DNA from: Candidatus Eiseniibacteriota bacterium
GTDB lineage: Bacteria; Eisenbacteria; RBG-16-71-46; DASYSL01
Direction of reading: 5' to 3'
Length of the DNA: 64,000 nucleotides
Assembly (NCBI GenBank): GCA_046598045.1
Contig: JBKJJJ010000174.1
Location: 42,148-106,147, forward strand
The notes beneath the pieces were generated by a model. That model saw only the letters and a list, made by a program, of their open reading frames with translations. It ran no database searches and was not told where the DNA came from. This document shows, one piece after another, positions 1-9,123 of the stretch. Each line of letters starts with the position of its first letter. Within the stretch, counting starts at the first letter, position 1. The translations under genes were made by a program, and so were the position numbers.

Positions 1-164
1 AAACCGATGGGGCATGCGGAGTTCTCCCGGGCGATGTGGTTCATGCCGATCGTCACGAGGGAGGCCCGGACCTTAGGGGGTTCGGCCCGGTGCGACAAGG
101 GGTTGTTCCCGGCGCGGAAGGGGCGTAGGCTCTTTGCACGCCGGGCACGAGCAGGAGCTTTCGC

Positions 165-917
165 ATGGCGCATCCGTTTCTCCCACTGATCCCCCTGTAC
201 TTCGCCGCCTCCACCATCGTGGGCGGTCCGGTCGGCGTGCCGCCGGCAGACACCCCGACCGCGCTGCACGCCTGCGCCATCGCCGCCATCACGAACGACG
301 ACGCCTCCGCTGCGACCGCGTGCGATCGCCTGCGCGCGAACGGCCCTGCAGGGCTCGACGCGCTGCTCAACGAACACAAGGACGTGCTTGCCCGGGGCGC
401 GAGCGACCCGCGCTGGCCGCGGGTCACGGCCGCGATCGACCGCGTGGCGGCGCAGAAGGACGCGTTCTCCTCGCGGCTCTTCTGGTACACGGATCTCTAG
501 GAGGCCAAGGCCGCGGCCCGCGCCACTGGCCGGCCGATCCTCTCGCTCCACATGCCCGGGCGGCTTGATCGCAGTCCGCGCACTTCGCTCTACGCCGATC
601 CGAAGGTCTCGGCGCTCCTGCGCGAGCGCTTCGTCCTCCACTGGGAGAGCGAGGCGAAAGCCCCGAGCGTCGTGCACTACGTGCTCGATGCCGACGGCCG
701 CCCGGTCGATGCGATCCCCGCCGCGGCCGCCGCGAGCGAGTTCCGCGCGGAGCTGACGGAGGACGCCGACCTCGAGCGCGCGGTGCGCGGGCTTTCCCCG
801 GCCGACCGCGCGGCGCGGCTGCTGCACCACCAGCAGCTGAGGCGCCGCGTGCTGAACGAGGAGTGGCCCGCGTTCATGGTGGATGCGCGGCCCGCACGCA
901 TGGAGGCAAGGGCGTAA
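165..917 (+). pseudogene. Secreted thioredoxin-fold-like protein interrupted by an in-frame TAG at 498-500. The two track ORFs 165..500 and 552..917 are in the same frame. Alternatively they are two small genes.
   Basis: N-terminal signal-peptide-like MAHPFLPLIPLYFAASTIVGG. The motif WYTDL[TAG]EAKAAARATGRPILSL spans the stop and matches the W-x-T-D-L-E-E-A-K start of thioredoxin-like domains, with TAG where GAG (Glu) is expected. Both ORFs share frame 0. Confidence 0.35.
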
Positions 918-1040
918 TCGATCCGGCATGCGGTGCTGTCCCCGGATGCGCTGATCCTTGCGTCGGGGCCGGCGCCGGTTCATCCTCCGGGTGGAGGCCC
1001 CGTTTCCCGGACCGTGATCCACCCGCAAGGAGCGCGACCC

Positions 1041-1319
1041 ATGGCGACCAAGAAATCCACCGGCAAGAAGACCCGACGCACGACGATGCGTTCCAGCACC
1101 GGCACGAAGCTGTACGCCGTGCGCGACGCCTCCGGTAAGTTCAAGGACATCCAGACCTACAAGCGCGCCCAGGGCGCCGACATCAAGCGCAGCTCGGCCG
1201 CGGAATCCGGCGGGAGCAAGAAGCTCGCGAAAAAGAAGGCTGCGAAAAAAGCGGCTGGGAGAAAAAAAGTCGCCGCGAAGAGGAAGGCGACGAAGAAGCG
1301 CGCGGCAAAGCGCAAGTAG
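1041..1319 (+). CDS. Lysine/alanine-rich histone H1-like (HC1/AlgP-like) DNA-binding protein
   Basis: ATG at 1041 preceded by AAGGAG. The C-terminal KKAAKKAAGRKKVAAKRKATKKRAAKRK repeats are typical of bacterial histone H1-like tails. Stop codon is TAG. Confidence 0.6.
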   Translation: MATKKSTGKKTRRTTMRSSTGTKLYAVRDASGKFKDIQTYKRAQGADIKRSSAAESGGSKKLAKKKAAKKAAGRKKVAAKRKATKKRAAKRK

Positions 1320-1338
1320 CCCGCGCCGCAGCATGCGA

Positions 1339-1378
1339 AAGGCCGCCGAGCCTCTGGCCCGGCGGCCTTGTTCGTTGT
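1339..1378. terminator. Bidirectional GC-rich hairpin terminator between convergent genes
   Basis: Perfect 10-bp inverted repeat AAGGCCGCCG ... CGGCGGCCTT followed by GTTCGTTGTGG, lying between the + gene ending at 1319 and the - gene ending at 1398. Confidence 0.4.
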
Positions 1379-1397
1379 GGTTCCCCGAGCTTGCGTG

Positions 1398-2774
1398 TCA
1401 GGGCGCGTGAAATGTCGGCTTCCCCGGCGTGCCCTCGTTGGTGGCGACCTGCGGCAGCCTCTCGGGGCCGTCGTCGGCGTCCACCCAGCGCACGCCCTTG
1501 GAGCACGGGCAGACCGAGTCGGTCTTGCGCTTCAGCACGGGCGACTTCATCGCGGCCTGCTCGCTCGTCACCTCGCCGGCCGCGACCTTCCGGATCAGGT
1601 CCCGGTACTGCATCATGTCCTTGCTCGCGAGGTATGCCGCCGGCAGCACGCGCGCGAGGTGGCGGACGTACTCCTCGACGTCGGCAATCGGGTCGCCCTC
1701 GACCGACACCATGCGGTACGCCGGCTCGCCGCGGCGGCGAAAGAACTCGCGGTGCGGCATCTTGAGGATCTCGTCGTAGGTCGTGCCCTCGATCGTGGAA
1801 CGCTCGCGCAGCAGCGTGGCGAGCATGCGCTCGATGTCGTCCGGCGACTTCGACGCGTAGCGCGCGCGCAGGAAGCGCAGGTTGAGGTCGTGCAGCAGCT
1901 TCTTGACCTCGTCGTAGTACTTCGATTGCGCCTCGCGGTTCTTCATGTCCTTGAAGCCGAGCTTGATGTTGGTGTCGCCGCCGCGCTCGTCGCCGAACAT
2001 CTCGAGCCCGCGCGGTACCCACTTGTTGATCGCCATCTGGATCTGCTCGGGCGTGATGAACGCGTCGCCCTGGGCGGCGGCCTCGAGCCAGCGCCGCATG
2101 GGCACCACGCCGGCCGCGAGGTGGAACGCCTCCTCGCGCAGCATCGGCGGCATCGACTGGGCGAACGGGCGGTAGGCGCAAACCTTCTGCATCGAGAGCT
2201 GGTACTTGCCCACGCGGTCGATGATGCCCGAGAACACCACGTTGTCGACGAACGAGTCGTAGGGGAGGTTGAACGCCTCGAGCACGTGGCTGCCGGTCTC
2301 CATCTGCAGCACGTCCTCGACCATGTCCTCGGTCTTGACGCCGGCGAGCTTCTCCCAGTTGCGGCTCGTGAGCATGTGGAACATCTGGTAGCCGTGGCGC
2401 AGTTCCTCGGCCATGACGCGCAGCACCCAGAACTTGTCCTGGTCCGACGGCGAGCGCTCGAGCGTCACCTGGTGCTGCTGGATCGAGCCGAACTCGGTCG
2501 AGGCCTGGGCGCGGATGATCGCGAGCAGGTGCTTCGCCGCGTCCTCGGTCAGCTCGCTCGGGTCTTCGGCCTTGGGCTGGCCCTGGTGCTCGCCGATCTC
2601 CTGCGTGCGCGACGTCGAGAGGTCGAGCTTGGCGCACAGACAGAACGCATCGTCGGCGGGGAAGTGCTTGTCCCAGTACTTGTGCAGGATCGGCAGGTCC
2701 TGGAAGTTGTGCTTCACCCAATGCGCGATCGCGTCTTCGTACTTCTTGGGAATCTGCGTGGTCTCGACGTTCAT
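1398..2774 (-). CDS. Diiron oxygenase of the PaaA/BoxB family (benzoyl-CoA 2,3-epoxidase subunit B-like)
   Basis: 458 aa. Two E-x-x-H diiron motifs (VMAEELRHGYQMF and MLREEAFHLAAGV) and overall resemblance to BoxB/PaaA-type ferritin-like oxygenases. No boxA or boxC partner is in the window. Confidence 0.55.
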   Translation of the reverse strand: MNVETTQIPKKYEDAIAHWVKHNFQDLPILHKYWDKHFPADDAFCLCAKLDLSTSRTQEIGEHQGQPKAEDPSELTEDAAKHLLAIIRAQASTEFGSIQQHQVTLERSPSDQDKFWVLRVMAEELRHGYQMFHMLTSRNWEKLAGVKTEDMVEDVLQMETGSHVLEAFNLPYDSFVDNVVFSGIIDRVGKYQLSMQKVCAYRPFAQSMPPMLREEAFHLAAGVVPMRRWLEAAAQGDAFITPEQIQMAINKWVPRGLEMFGDERGGDTNIKLGFKDMKNREAQSKYYDEVKKLLHDLNLRFLRARYASKSPDDIERMLATLLRERSTIEGTTYDEILKMPHREFFRRRGEPAYRMVSVEGDPIADVEEYVRHLARVLPAAYLASKDMMQYRDLIRKVAAGEVTSEQAAMKSPVLKRKTDSVCPCSKGVRWVDADDGPERLPQVATNEGTPGKPTFHAP

Positions 2775-2783
2775 CGCGCTCCC

Positions 2784-3236
2784 CTAGCCCAGTTTCTGTT
2801 CCAGCGCCGTGAGCGCGCTGGGTCCGAACCCGACCGCCTTGAGGAAGGTCGCGGTGTCGGTCTGCCCGGCGTCCACGAACGTGCGCATCGTGCGCGCGCC
2901 CGACGCCTTGAAGTGCCCGGCGAGCGCGTCGAACATCATGCGCCCGATGCCCTTGCCGCGCGCCGCCGGGTCGACCCCGAAGCGCTCGATCCAGCCGCTG
3001 GTCTCCTCCAGCCCGAATTCGCCGCCGCGCAGGTCGCCGAGCATGAAGCCCACGACCTCGCCGCCCAGGTCGGCGACCCGGGAGGACTCGGGGTCGCGCC
3101 GCAGGTAGTAGGCCACCCGGTCCTCCCAGAAATCGGGGCGATAGCGCCCGGTGACCTTCTCGTCGATCCGGGTGATTGCGTCGATGTCCGTGTCGGACAG
3201 CGGACGAATCGTGATTTCGGGGGCCACGGCCGCCAT
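2784..3236 (-). CDS. GNAT family N-acetyltransferase
   Basis: Internal ATG at codon 155 of track ORF 2784..3698, with AGGAGG upstream. Acetyl-CoA-binding motif V-x-x-x-x-R-G-x-G-I-G (RGKGIGRMMFDAL). TAG stop. Confidence 0.7.
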   Translation of the reverse strand: MAAVAPEITIRPLSDTDIDAITRIDEKVTGRYRPDFWEDRVAYYLRRDPESSRVADLGGEVVGFMLGDLRGGEFGLEETSGWIERFGVDPAARGKGIGRMMFDALAGHFKASGARTMRTFVDAGQTDTATFLKAVGFGPSALTALEQKLG

Positions 3237-3465
3237 GAACGTCCTCCTTGGGGAGCGCCAGGAACGAGTCCAAAATACCACATTGGGCGGGCTTGCCGCA
3301 GCCCCGGGCGGGCCGTGATTCGGCACTTGCGGGGGCGGGGCCGCAATGGCTAACGTCGTCTTGACGAGGAGGTGGGTTTTCGGGGGCTCCTCCGCAAGCC
3401 ACCGAGTGGGGCCCGTACACCGACGGGCCCCGGCCCGCCTCCTTCCTTTTCTCCGGATCACCCCC

Positions 3466-4272
3466 ATGACCCACGCGCCATCCCCGGATACCGCGAACAC
3501 GGTTCGCCTCGACGTGCGCGCGCACATCGCGTGGCTGACGATCGATCGCCCACCGCTCAACATCCTCGACATCCCGACCAATCGCGCGCTCGCGGCGCAG
3601 GTGCGTGCGCTCGCCTCGCGCGACGACGTGCGCGTGGTCGCGCTCCAAGGCGCCGGGACGCGGGCGTTCTCGGCCGGCGTCGAGATCGCGGACCACACGA
3701 AGGAGCGCGTCGGGGCGATGCTCGAGGCGTTTCACGGAGTGTTTCGCGCGCTGCTCGAACTCGGCCGGCCCACGGTCGCGGTCGTGCGCGGCGCGGCGCT
3801 CGGCGGCGGCTGCGAGCTGGTGGCATTCGCCGATGGGGTGATCGCGAGCGAGTCGGCGACGTTCGGGCTGCCGGAGATCGTGCTCGGGTGTTTCCCACCG
3901 GTCGCGGCGCTGGTGCTGCCGGCGGTCGTGGGCGCGCACCACGCCGCCGAGTTGCTGCTCACCGGGGACCCGATCGACGCGCGCCGGGCGCTCGCGATCG
4001 GGCTGGTCAACGAGGTCCTGCCCGACGCCTCGTTCGACGCGGCCGCGGAGGCGTTCGCCCAACGCTTCGCGCGCCACAGTGGGGCCGCGCTTGCTCTGGC
4101 CCACGAGGCGATGCGGCCCGCCGCGCTGGGCGGGCGCTCGCGCGAGGAGTTCCTGCGCGAGCTGGCCCGGATCGAGGCGCTCTACCTGGAGCGCCTGATG
4201 GCGACGCACGACGCGAACGAGGGGATTGCCGCGTGGCGGGAGAAGCGTCTTCCTACGTGGTTAGATCGCTGA
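3466..4272 (+). CDS. Enoyl-CoA hydratase/isomerase (crotonase family)
   Basis: Start MTHAPSPD at the internal ATG of ORF 3346..4272. Crotonase signatures AFSAGVEI and GAALGGGCELVAFADGVIASESATFGLPE. Confidence 0.8.
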   Translation: MTHAPSPDTANTVRLDVRAHIAWLTIDRPPLNILDIPTNRALAAQVRALASRDDVRVVALQGAGTRAFSAGVEIADHTKERVGAMLEAFHGVFRALLELGRPTVAVVRGAALGGGCELVAFADGVIASESATFGLPEIVLGCFPPVAALVLPAVVGAHHAAELLLTGDPIDARRALAIGLVNEVLPDASFDAAAEAFAQRFARHSGAALALAHEAMRPAALGGRSREEFLRELARIEALYLERLMATHDANEGIAAWREKRLPTWLDR

Positions 4273-4423
4273 GATCAGCTCGGAGTGTCCTCCTTGGGGC
4301 CCGCGTACAATTGCGTTGCAACGTCCGATATCGTTCAGCACAGGGCATTAACCCCCGGGGCAAGGTAGACACACGGCCACCCCTGCACCCGCAGGGATGG
4401 CCGCGCTCACACCACCGCTGCAG

Positions 4424-5020
4424 CTAGCGGTAGTAGCCCTTCACGCTCCCCCAGCTCGAACGAATCGCCGGAGTTGGATCGAGTCCCCCGAACTCCACGA
4501 GCACGAACGTCTTGAGGCAATTGTTCGGCGGGCCGCAGCCCGGGCAATACACGCCGGAGCGTGCCGTCTCGTACCAGTTGCCGCCCCAGCACACCAGAAC
4601 GGTCGAGAAGGCGCCGCACGAGACGAACGTGTTCCGGCGGAAGACGATCGCTTGCCCCGCCTCCGGCCCAGTGGCCCATTTCCAGACGCCCTGATCGAGG
4701 ACACCTCCCGAGTACACCTCGGAACGCAGTTCGTTGTAGTCGAAGAGCATCTGCGCTTCCGCCTCGGTGTTGATCGTCGCCGCGTATCCCGGGAAGCCGA
4801 GGTAGCTGAGCGATGAGGCGAACTGCGCCGCGGCGTTCCACGAAAACGGCTCGCCCTCGGCGAGCGTGGCCTCCCACACTTGGTAATAGTGCCCCGTCGC
4901 GGGCAGGAACGAAGGGGGCGCGCTTCGCGCGTGCCACGTGTAGGCGTCGGCGGTCGTGAATGCGAGCATCCCCGCAATGAGAGTGCCGGTACAGAGTCCT
5001 GCTCGAACCAATGCGTCCAT
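4424..5020 (-). CDS. Secreted C-type lectin-like domain protein
   Basis: Signal peptide MDALVRAGLCTGTLIAGMLAFTTADA. CTLD-like pattern GHYYQVWEATLAEGEPFSW...FASSL...LATINTEAEAQ...GVWKWATG plus C-terminal Cys pairs. Confidence 0.5.
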   Translation of the reverse strand: MDALVRAGLCTGTLIAGMLAFTTADAYTWHARSAPPSFLPATGHYYQVWEATLAEGEPFSWNAAAQFASSLSYLGFPGYAATINTEAEAQMLFDYNELRSEVYSGGVLDQGVWKWATGPEAGQAIVFRRNTFVSCGAFSTVLVCWGGNWYETARSGVYCPGCGPPNNCLKTFVLVEFGGLDPTPAIRSSWGSVKGYYR

Positions 5021-5116
5021 GGTGTTTCTCCTCCTGTTGGAATCCGACGGCGGTGCTGCGGTGGATCACGCCCAATGGGCGCGAGTTGGGGGGAAAGTGG
5101 GTGTGGAAGGCGCCCC

Positions 5117-8100
5117 TTACCTAGAGCCCACGGCGACGAACGCGCCCCAGCCCTTCGGGTGTGTGCTGGCGTGGTTCTTCCGTCGGGACTCGATCATTGC
5201 GATCGACGCGCGGCGTGCGGCCTGCGTGAGGTCGCCATGCGCCGGTAGGTAGCCATTGTAGAACTCGCCGATCCAGATGCGGGTCTGCAGGTCGTCCACC
5301 CGCCAGAGGCTCATCACGAGCGAGCGGGCTCCCGCAAGTTGGAATGCGCGGCGGAGGCCCATCATGCCCTCGCCGGCCATGACGTCCCCAACCCCGCTCT
5401 CGCAGGCCGAGAGCACGGCGCACCGCGCCTTCGACAGGTCGAGCGCGCTGATTTCCTCCGCCGTGAGGATGCCGTCGTCGCCGGTTCCCTGTCCGCGCCG
5501 GTTTGCACCGGCGAACACCAAGCCGGACCGACGGAGGGGGTTGGGTTCCTGGCTCGATGCCGACTCGCGGCGTTGATCGACAACCTGCGGTCCGCTCGAT
5601 GACGGGCTGCAGTTGTCCCCGAGGAAGAACCCATGACTCGCGACATGGATGTGTGCGCATCCCACCGCCAGGTGCTTGAAGGCGGTCTCTGTCGCTGCCT
5701 TCCCCATGAGTTGGTGCACGTTGCCGCCCCCTGCACGCCGCCAGGCCGCGGTGGTCTCGTCCGCCTCGACCGCTGTCTGCGCGAGCGGGTGGAACCGCTC
5801 GAGCGCGAAGCGAGCGCAGTCGGGCGCCGCGCCTCGGTAGACGCCACGAGATGAGAGCAAGGCCGGGAACGCCTTGGTCGGCGATTCCGCCGGGGCGGCG
5901 CCATCGAAGTCGACGTTGCCGACGACCAGCACCCCGCTCCCCGTGGCCGCCTCGGTGTTGCGCGCGACGAGGTCGCGCTCGCAGGTCTGAGGCGCAAAGA
6001 CCGGGCCCGTCTCCTCGAGGTACTTGCCGCCCTCGACGGGCAGAGTCCCAAGGTTGATCAATTGCAGGGAGCCATCAGGGACGACGTAGAGGACTTTTGG
6101 GGATCCGAGAGCGCCGGCGACCGGATCCCACACCGCCTCGCGCAGCCGTCCAGCCGCGAGCCGGTACGAGGCTTCGCCCGCGGACATCGAAGCCGAGTCC
6201 GAGGTGGCCTGCCGGTGCCACTCCGCAACCCTCGAGTCGATCCCGGCGGCGTCCCCGAGCAGGATGAGCCGGGGAGCGCCGCCCGGCGTCAGGACGAACG
6301 CCGCATACGATGCGATGCGACGAGCGATCTCGTGGCGCGCGTCGCCATGCGGCCCGCGGCGCAGGTACCTCACATAGGAGAGGAGCGCGGTCCCGGGCGG
6401 GAGCGTTCTAGAGACCTCGGTGAGTCCGGCGCGGCTGCGCGCGGAATCGAGCGCGAACCGAGCGCTCAGTCCACCCAGGCGTCGCTCGATCGCCTCGACA
6501 CTCCGCCTTGCGCTGTCGACACGCGCCTCGAAGTGCTCGATCGTGTCGTCGCCGGGTCCCTCTTCATGGAGCGTGGCCAGCGCTCCTGATTCGCGCGCCA
6601 ACTCGGAGGCGACCCGGACCGTGGTGGTGTCCGTGCTGGTCCAGGTCGCGCGCAGTCGCTCGGAGATTCCGTCGAGCACGAGGCTGCGCGCGCGGATCAC
6701 CGCGTCCCATGCCGTGACGACGCGGTCGGGCGCATTCGCGAGACTGATCGCCAGGTCGGTGCCAGATGGGCGAATCGAGGCGTAGTCGAGCGCCTCCCGC
6801 TCGGACAATCCTCGCAACGAGACGCGTAGGTGTTCGCGCCCCACGTTCTCGGCCTCGAGCGCGTAGCGGAACGCGTTAGCCGAATCTCCCATGTCGGCGA
6901 GCAGCCCCGAGAGCGCATCGCAGCTCTGCGCATAATCTGGGTGCTCCATGCCCAGCGTCGCCTTCCGCATCGAGAGCGCCCGTTCGTAGTCCCGGCGCGC
7001 GTCCGAGTAGTCGCCCAGGGCGTGCTCGACCTCGCCCAGATTGTCGAGCACGTGCGCCGTCATGACGTCGTCACCCGGGGACGTCTTGGACCACGCGGCA
7101 AGCGCGGTCTGGTAGCGCGTTTTTGCGAGCTCGAGGCTGTCCTGCATGAACGCGACGTAGCCCAGGTTGTCCCCGACTCGTGCGAGCTCCGGGTGACCCG
7201 GCGGATAGGCCTTGATCCAGATTGCCTGCGCGTGCAGGTACAGCGTCTCGGCCGCTGCGAAGTTGCCGAGCTCGCGCTGCGCGTTGCCCTCGTTGTTGTA
7301 GCTGCTCCCAACCGCCGGATGCCCCGGAGGCATGCGCTCGATGAAGATCGCGCGCGAGCGTTCGTACATCGGGATCGCCTCGGCCTGGTCGCCGAGACGC
7401 CGCAGCGTGCCGGCAAGCCCGTGGAGACCCTTGCCGACGTTCATGCCGGTCGGACCCTCGAGCTTCTCCCACGTCCTCAGGACGTCCTCGTAACGCGCGC
7501 GCGCCTCGACGTACTGGCCGAGGTCGTTCATGAGCACTGCAAGGTTGTAGGTATTGCCGGCGACCTCGCCCGGATCCGCGCCGGGCGTCGCACGCCACAC
7601 CGAGTCGGCCTGCACGTACGCCGCGCGCGCGTTCGTGAAGCCCTGCGACAGGTAATAGAGCCTCCCGACGCCGTTGAGATTCCGCGCAAGGCCGCTTGCG
7701 TCGTTCGAACGTTCACGGATCCGTCGCGCGCCGGTCTGCGCGGCGATCGCAGGCGGGAAGTCGAAGAGCACTCCGAGCACGCCTGCGAGCTGCTCGAGGC
7801 TGGTCGCGAGCTCAGGAGACCCCGGCTGCAGGCGCTGCCGGATCCGGACGCTGCGTTCGGCCAGCGCGCGCGACGCGGAGTCGCGCACCGAGCTGCGAAC
7901 GAGCCGGCCCTCGAGGACGAGATCCTGCACGCCAGCCAGCTCGATCGACGCCGTGTCCGCACGAGACTCGAATTCACCGATGACCTTCTGGCCGAGTGAG
8001 TCTGCGGGCGCGAAGCGGCGGGATCGAACCTGCGCGCGGAGCGAGTCGACCTCGGCGGGCGACGCAAGTGCGGTCCGGGGCGCCGGGGCGAGCGCCAGGG

Positions 8101-8128
8101 CAATCGCCAGGATCCATGCGCGCCTCAT
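5117..8128 (-). CDS. Periplasmic/secreted TPR-repeat protein with C-terminal CHAT (caspase-like) protease domain
   Basis: Signal peptide MRRAWILAIALALAPAP from M10 of track ORF 5117..8155. Many TPR-like helices through the middle. CHAT dyad motifs HVASHG and LSACESG near the C-terminus. Confidence 0.8.
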   Translation of the reverse strand: MRRAWILAIALALAPAPRTALASPAEVDSLRAQVRSRRFAPADSLGQKVIGEFESRADTASIELAGVQDLVLEGRLVRSSVRDSASRALAERSVRIRQRLQPGSPELATSLEQLAGVLGVLFDFPPAIAAQTGARRIRERSNDASGLARNLNGVGRLYYLSQGFTNARAAYVQADSVWRATPGADPGEVAGNTYNLAVLMNDLGQYVEARARYEDVLRTWEKLEGPTGMNVGKGLHGLAGTLRRLGDQAEAIPMYERSRAIFIERMPPGHPAVGSSYNNEGNAQRELGNFAAAETLYLHAQAIWIKAYPPGHPELARVGDNLGYVAFMQDSLELAKTRYQTALAAWSKTSPGDDVMTAHVLDNLGEVEHALGDYSDARRDYERALSMRKATLGMEHPDYAQSCDALSGLLADMGDSANAFRYALEAENVGREHLRVSLRGLSEREALDYASIRPSGTDLAISLANAPDRVVTAWDAVIRARSLVLDGISERLRATWTSTDTTTVRVASELARESGALATLHEEGPGDDTIEHFEARVDSARRSVEAIERRLGGLSARFALDSARSRAGLTEVSRTLPPGTALLSYVRYLRRGPHGDARHEIARRIASYAAFVLTPGGAPRLILLGDAAGIDSRVAEWHRQATSDSASMSAGEASYRLAAGRLREAVWDPVAGALGSPKVLYVVPDGSLQLINLGTLPVEGGKYLEETGPVFAPQTCERDLVARNTEAATGSGVLVVGNVDFDGAAPAESPTKAFPALLSSRGVYRGAAPDCARFALERFHPLAQTAVEADETTAAWRRAGGGNVHQLMGKAATETAFKHLAVGCAHIHVASHGFFLGDNCSPSSSGPQVVDQRRESASSQEPNPLRRSGLVFAGANRRGQGTGDDGILTAEEISALDLSKARCAVLSACESGVGDVMAGEGMMGLRRAFQLAGARSLVMSLWRVDDLQTRIWIGEFYNGYLPAHGDLTQAARRASIAMIESRRKNHASTHPKGWGAFVAVGSR

Positions 8129-9123
8129 CGTGTGCGCACTGAGAGTTGGAACCACGAGTCCTGGAAGTCCTTCGTCGGATTTGCGGCGCTGGCAATCCGG
8201 AGCCGGTACAGGCCCGACACGAAGCCGTGCTCGCCGCGCGGGACCGCGATGCGCGGTGTGTCGGCGAACGAGCTCAACCGATCCTCTCGCCGAACCAGCA
8301 GGACGTGACTTGGATCCACAACCGTCACGATCACACGGCCATCGGGATCGAACGGGGGCAGGTCGAACTCAACGGGGATCAGGTCGACGCCCGCATGGAT
8401 CGTGTCGGCCGGGGCGCCCGGCGCGCGATCGGCGGCCGTGCGGATCGGGGTGCCGACGATCGCGGCGGACAGGTTCGGGGTCGATGGGGTCTCGACGGGA
8501 GCCGGCGGCGGGCTCACGGGGGCGGGTGCCGGCGTTCCGTGATCGACCGGCGCGGGCGCAACCGGCGTACCGGTCGCCGGGCCGCCCGGCGCCGGGCGAT
8601 TCATCGGGTTCACGACCAGGATCAGCACCGCGGCCGCCGCGGCGACCAGCCCGCCGAAGGCGCTGCCCGTCCAGAATTCCCGCGATCGCCAGCGCGGCTG
8701 CGGCATGGGCACGACACGGGCCGTGTTCTGCGACAATAGGTCGAGCACCTCCCGGGACGGCTCGAGCCCGGCAACGTGCTTCAATTCGGGCGCGTGCCCG
8801 AGGTGCTTCAGGATTGCGCGGCATTCCTCGCACTCCACGAGGTGGCGCCGCGCGAGCTCGCGCTGGAGCCCGCGCAACGCGGGAGCCTGCTCGCCCCAGT
8901 GAATGATGAGTGGTTCGGGCAGGTGCCGCGACGGAGCGGCACCCGAGGCTCGTGCACGCTCGAGGACCTCGCGGCATTCGTCGCACAAAGCGGCATGCCG
9001 CTCGACCCGGTCGTCGTCGGCCGGGTCCAACAGACCCGCCGCGAACGGCGCGAGTTGACGCCGCGTCCAGTCGTGGTCGTCAGGCGCCGGCGTCACGCGG
9101 ACTCCAATCGCGAGCGGAACCAC
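8125..9123 (-). CDS. Anti-sigma factor, zf-HC2 type, single-pass membrane protein
   Basis: N-terminal H-x3-C-x2-C motif (HAALCDECREV) and a second HLVECEECRAI. One TM helix (LVAAAAAVLILVV), then a Pro-rich periplasmic domain. Sits immediately downstream of and overlapping the ECF sigma gene. Confidence 0.65.
   Translation of the reverse strand: MVPLAIGVRVTPAPDDHDWTRRQLAPFAAGLLDPADDDRVERHAALCDECREVLERARASGAAPSRHLPEPLIIHWGEQAPALRGLQRELARRHLVECEECRAILKHLGHAPELKHVAGLEPSREVLDLLSQNTARVVPMPQPRWRSREFWTGSAFGGLVAAAAAVLILVVNPMNRPAPGGPATGTPVAPAPVDHGTPAPAPVSPPPAPVETPSTPNLSAAIVGTPIRTAADRAPGAPADTIHAGVDLIPVEFDLPPFDPDGRVIVTVVDPSHVLLVRREDRLSSFADTPRIAVPRGEHGFVSGLYRLRIASAANPTKDFQDSWFQLSVRTR

Noticed and set aside
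7-490. ORFs at the left edge (7..189 + and 53..490 -), examined as possible edge-truncated genes
   Set aside because: Both lack protein-like composition or motifs. The minus ORF is antisense to the signal-peptide-bearing 165..500 gene.
1183-4209. Very long ORFs (about 1000 aa on the minus strand and 661 aa on the plus strand) rich in Arg/Ala/Gly/Pro, overlapping the oxygenase, GNAT and crotonase genes
   Set aside because: This is the compositional signature of high-GC noise frames: few stop codons, no domain structure, and they are antisense or out of frame to genes with clear homology. The same applies to 21773..23722, 23449..25767, 26037..28052, 37913..40939, 38715..40604, 42619..43875, 44399..46384 and 46483..48717.
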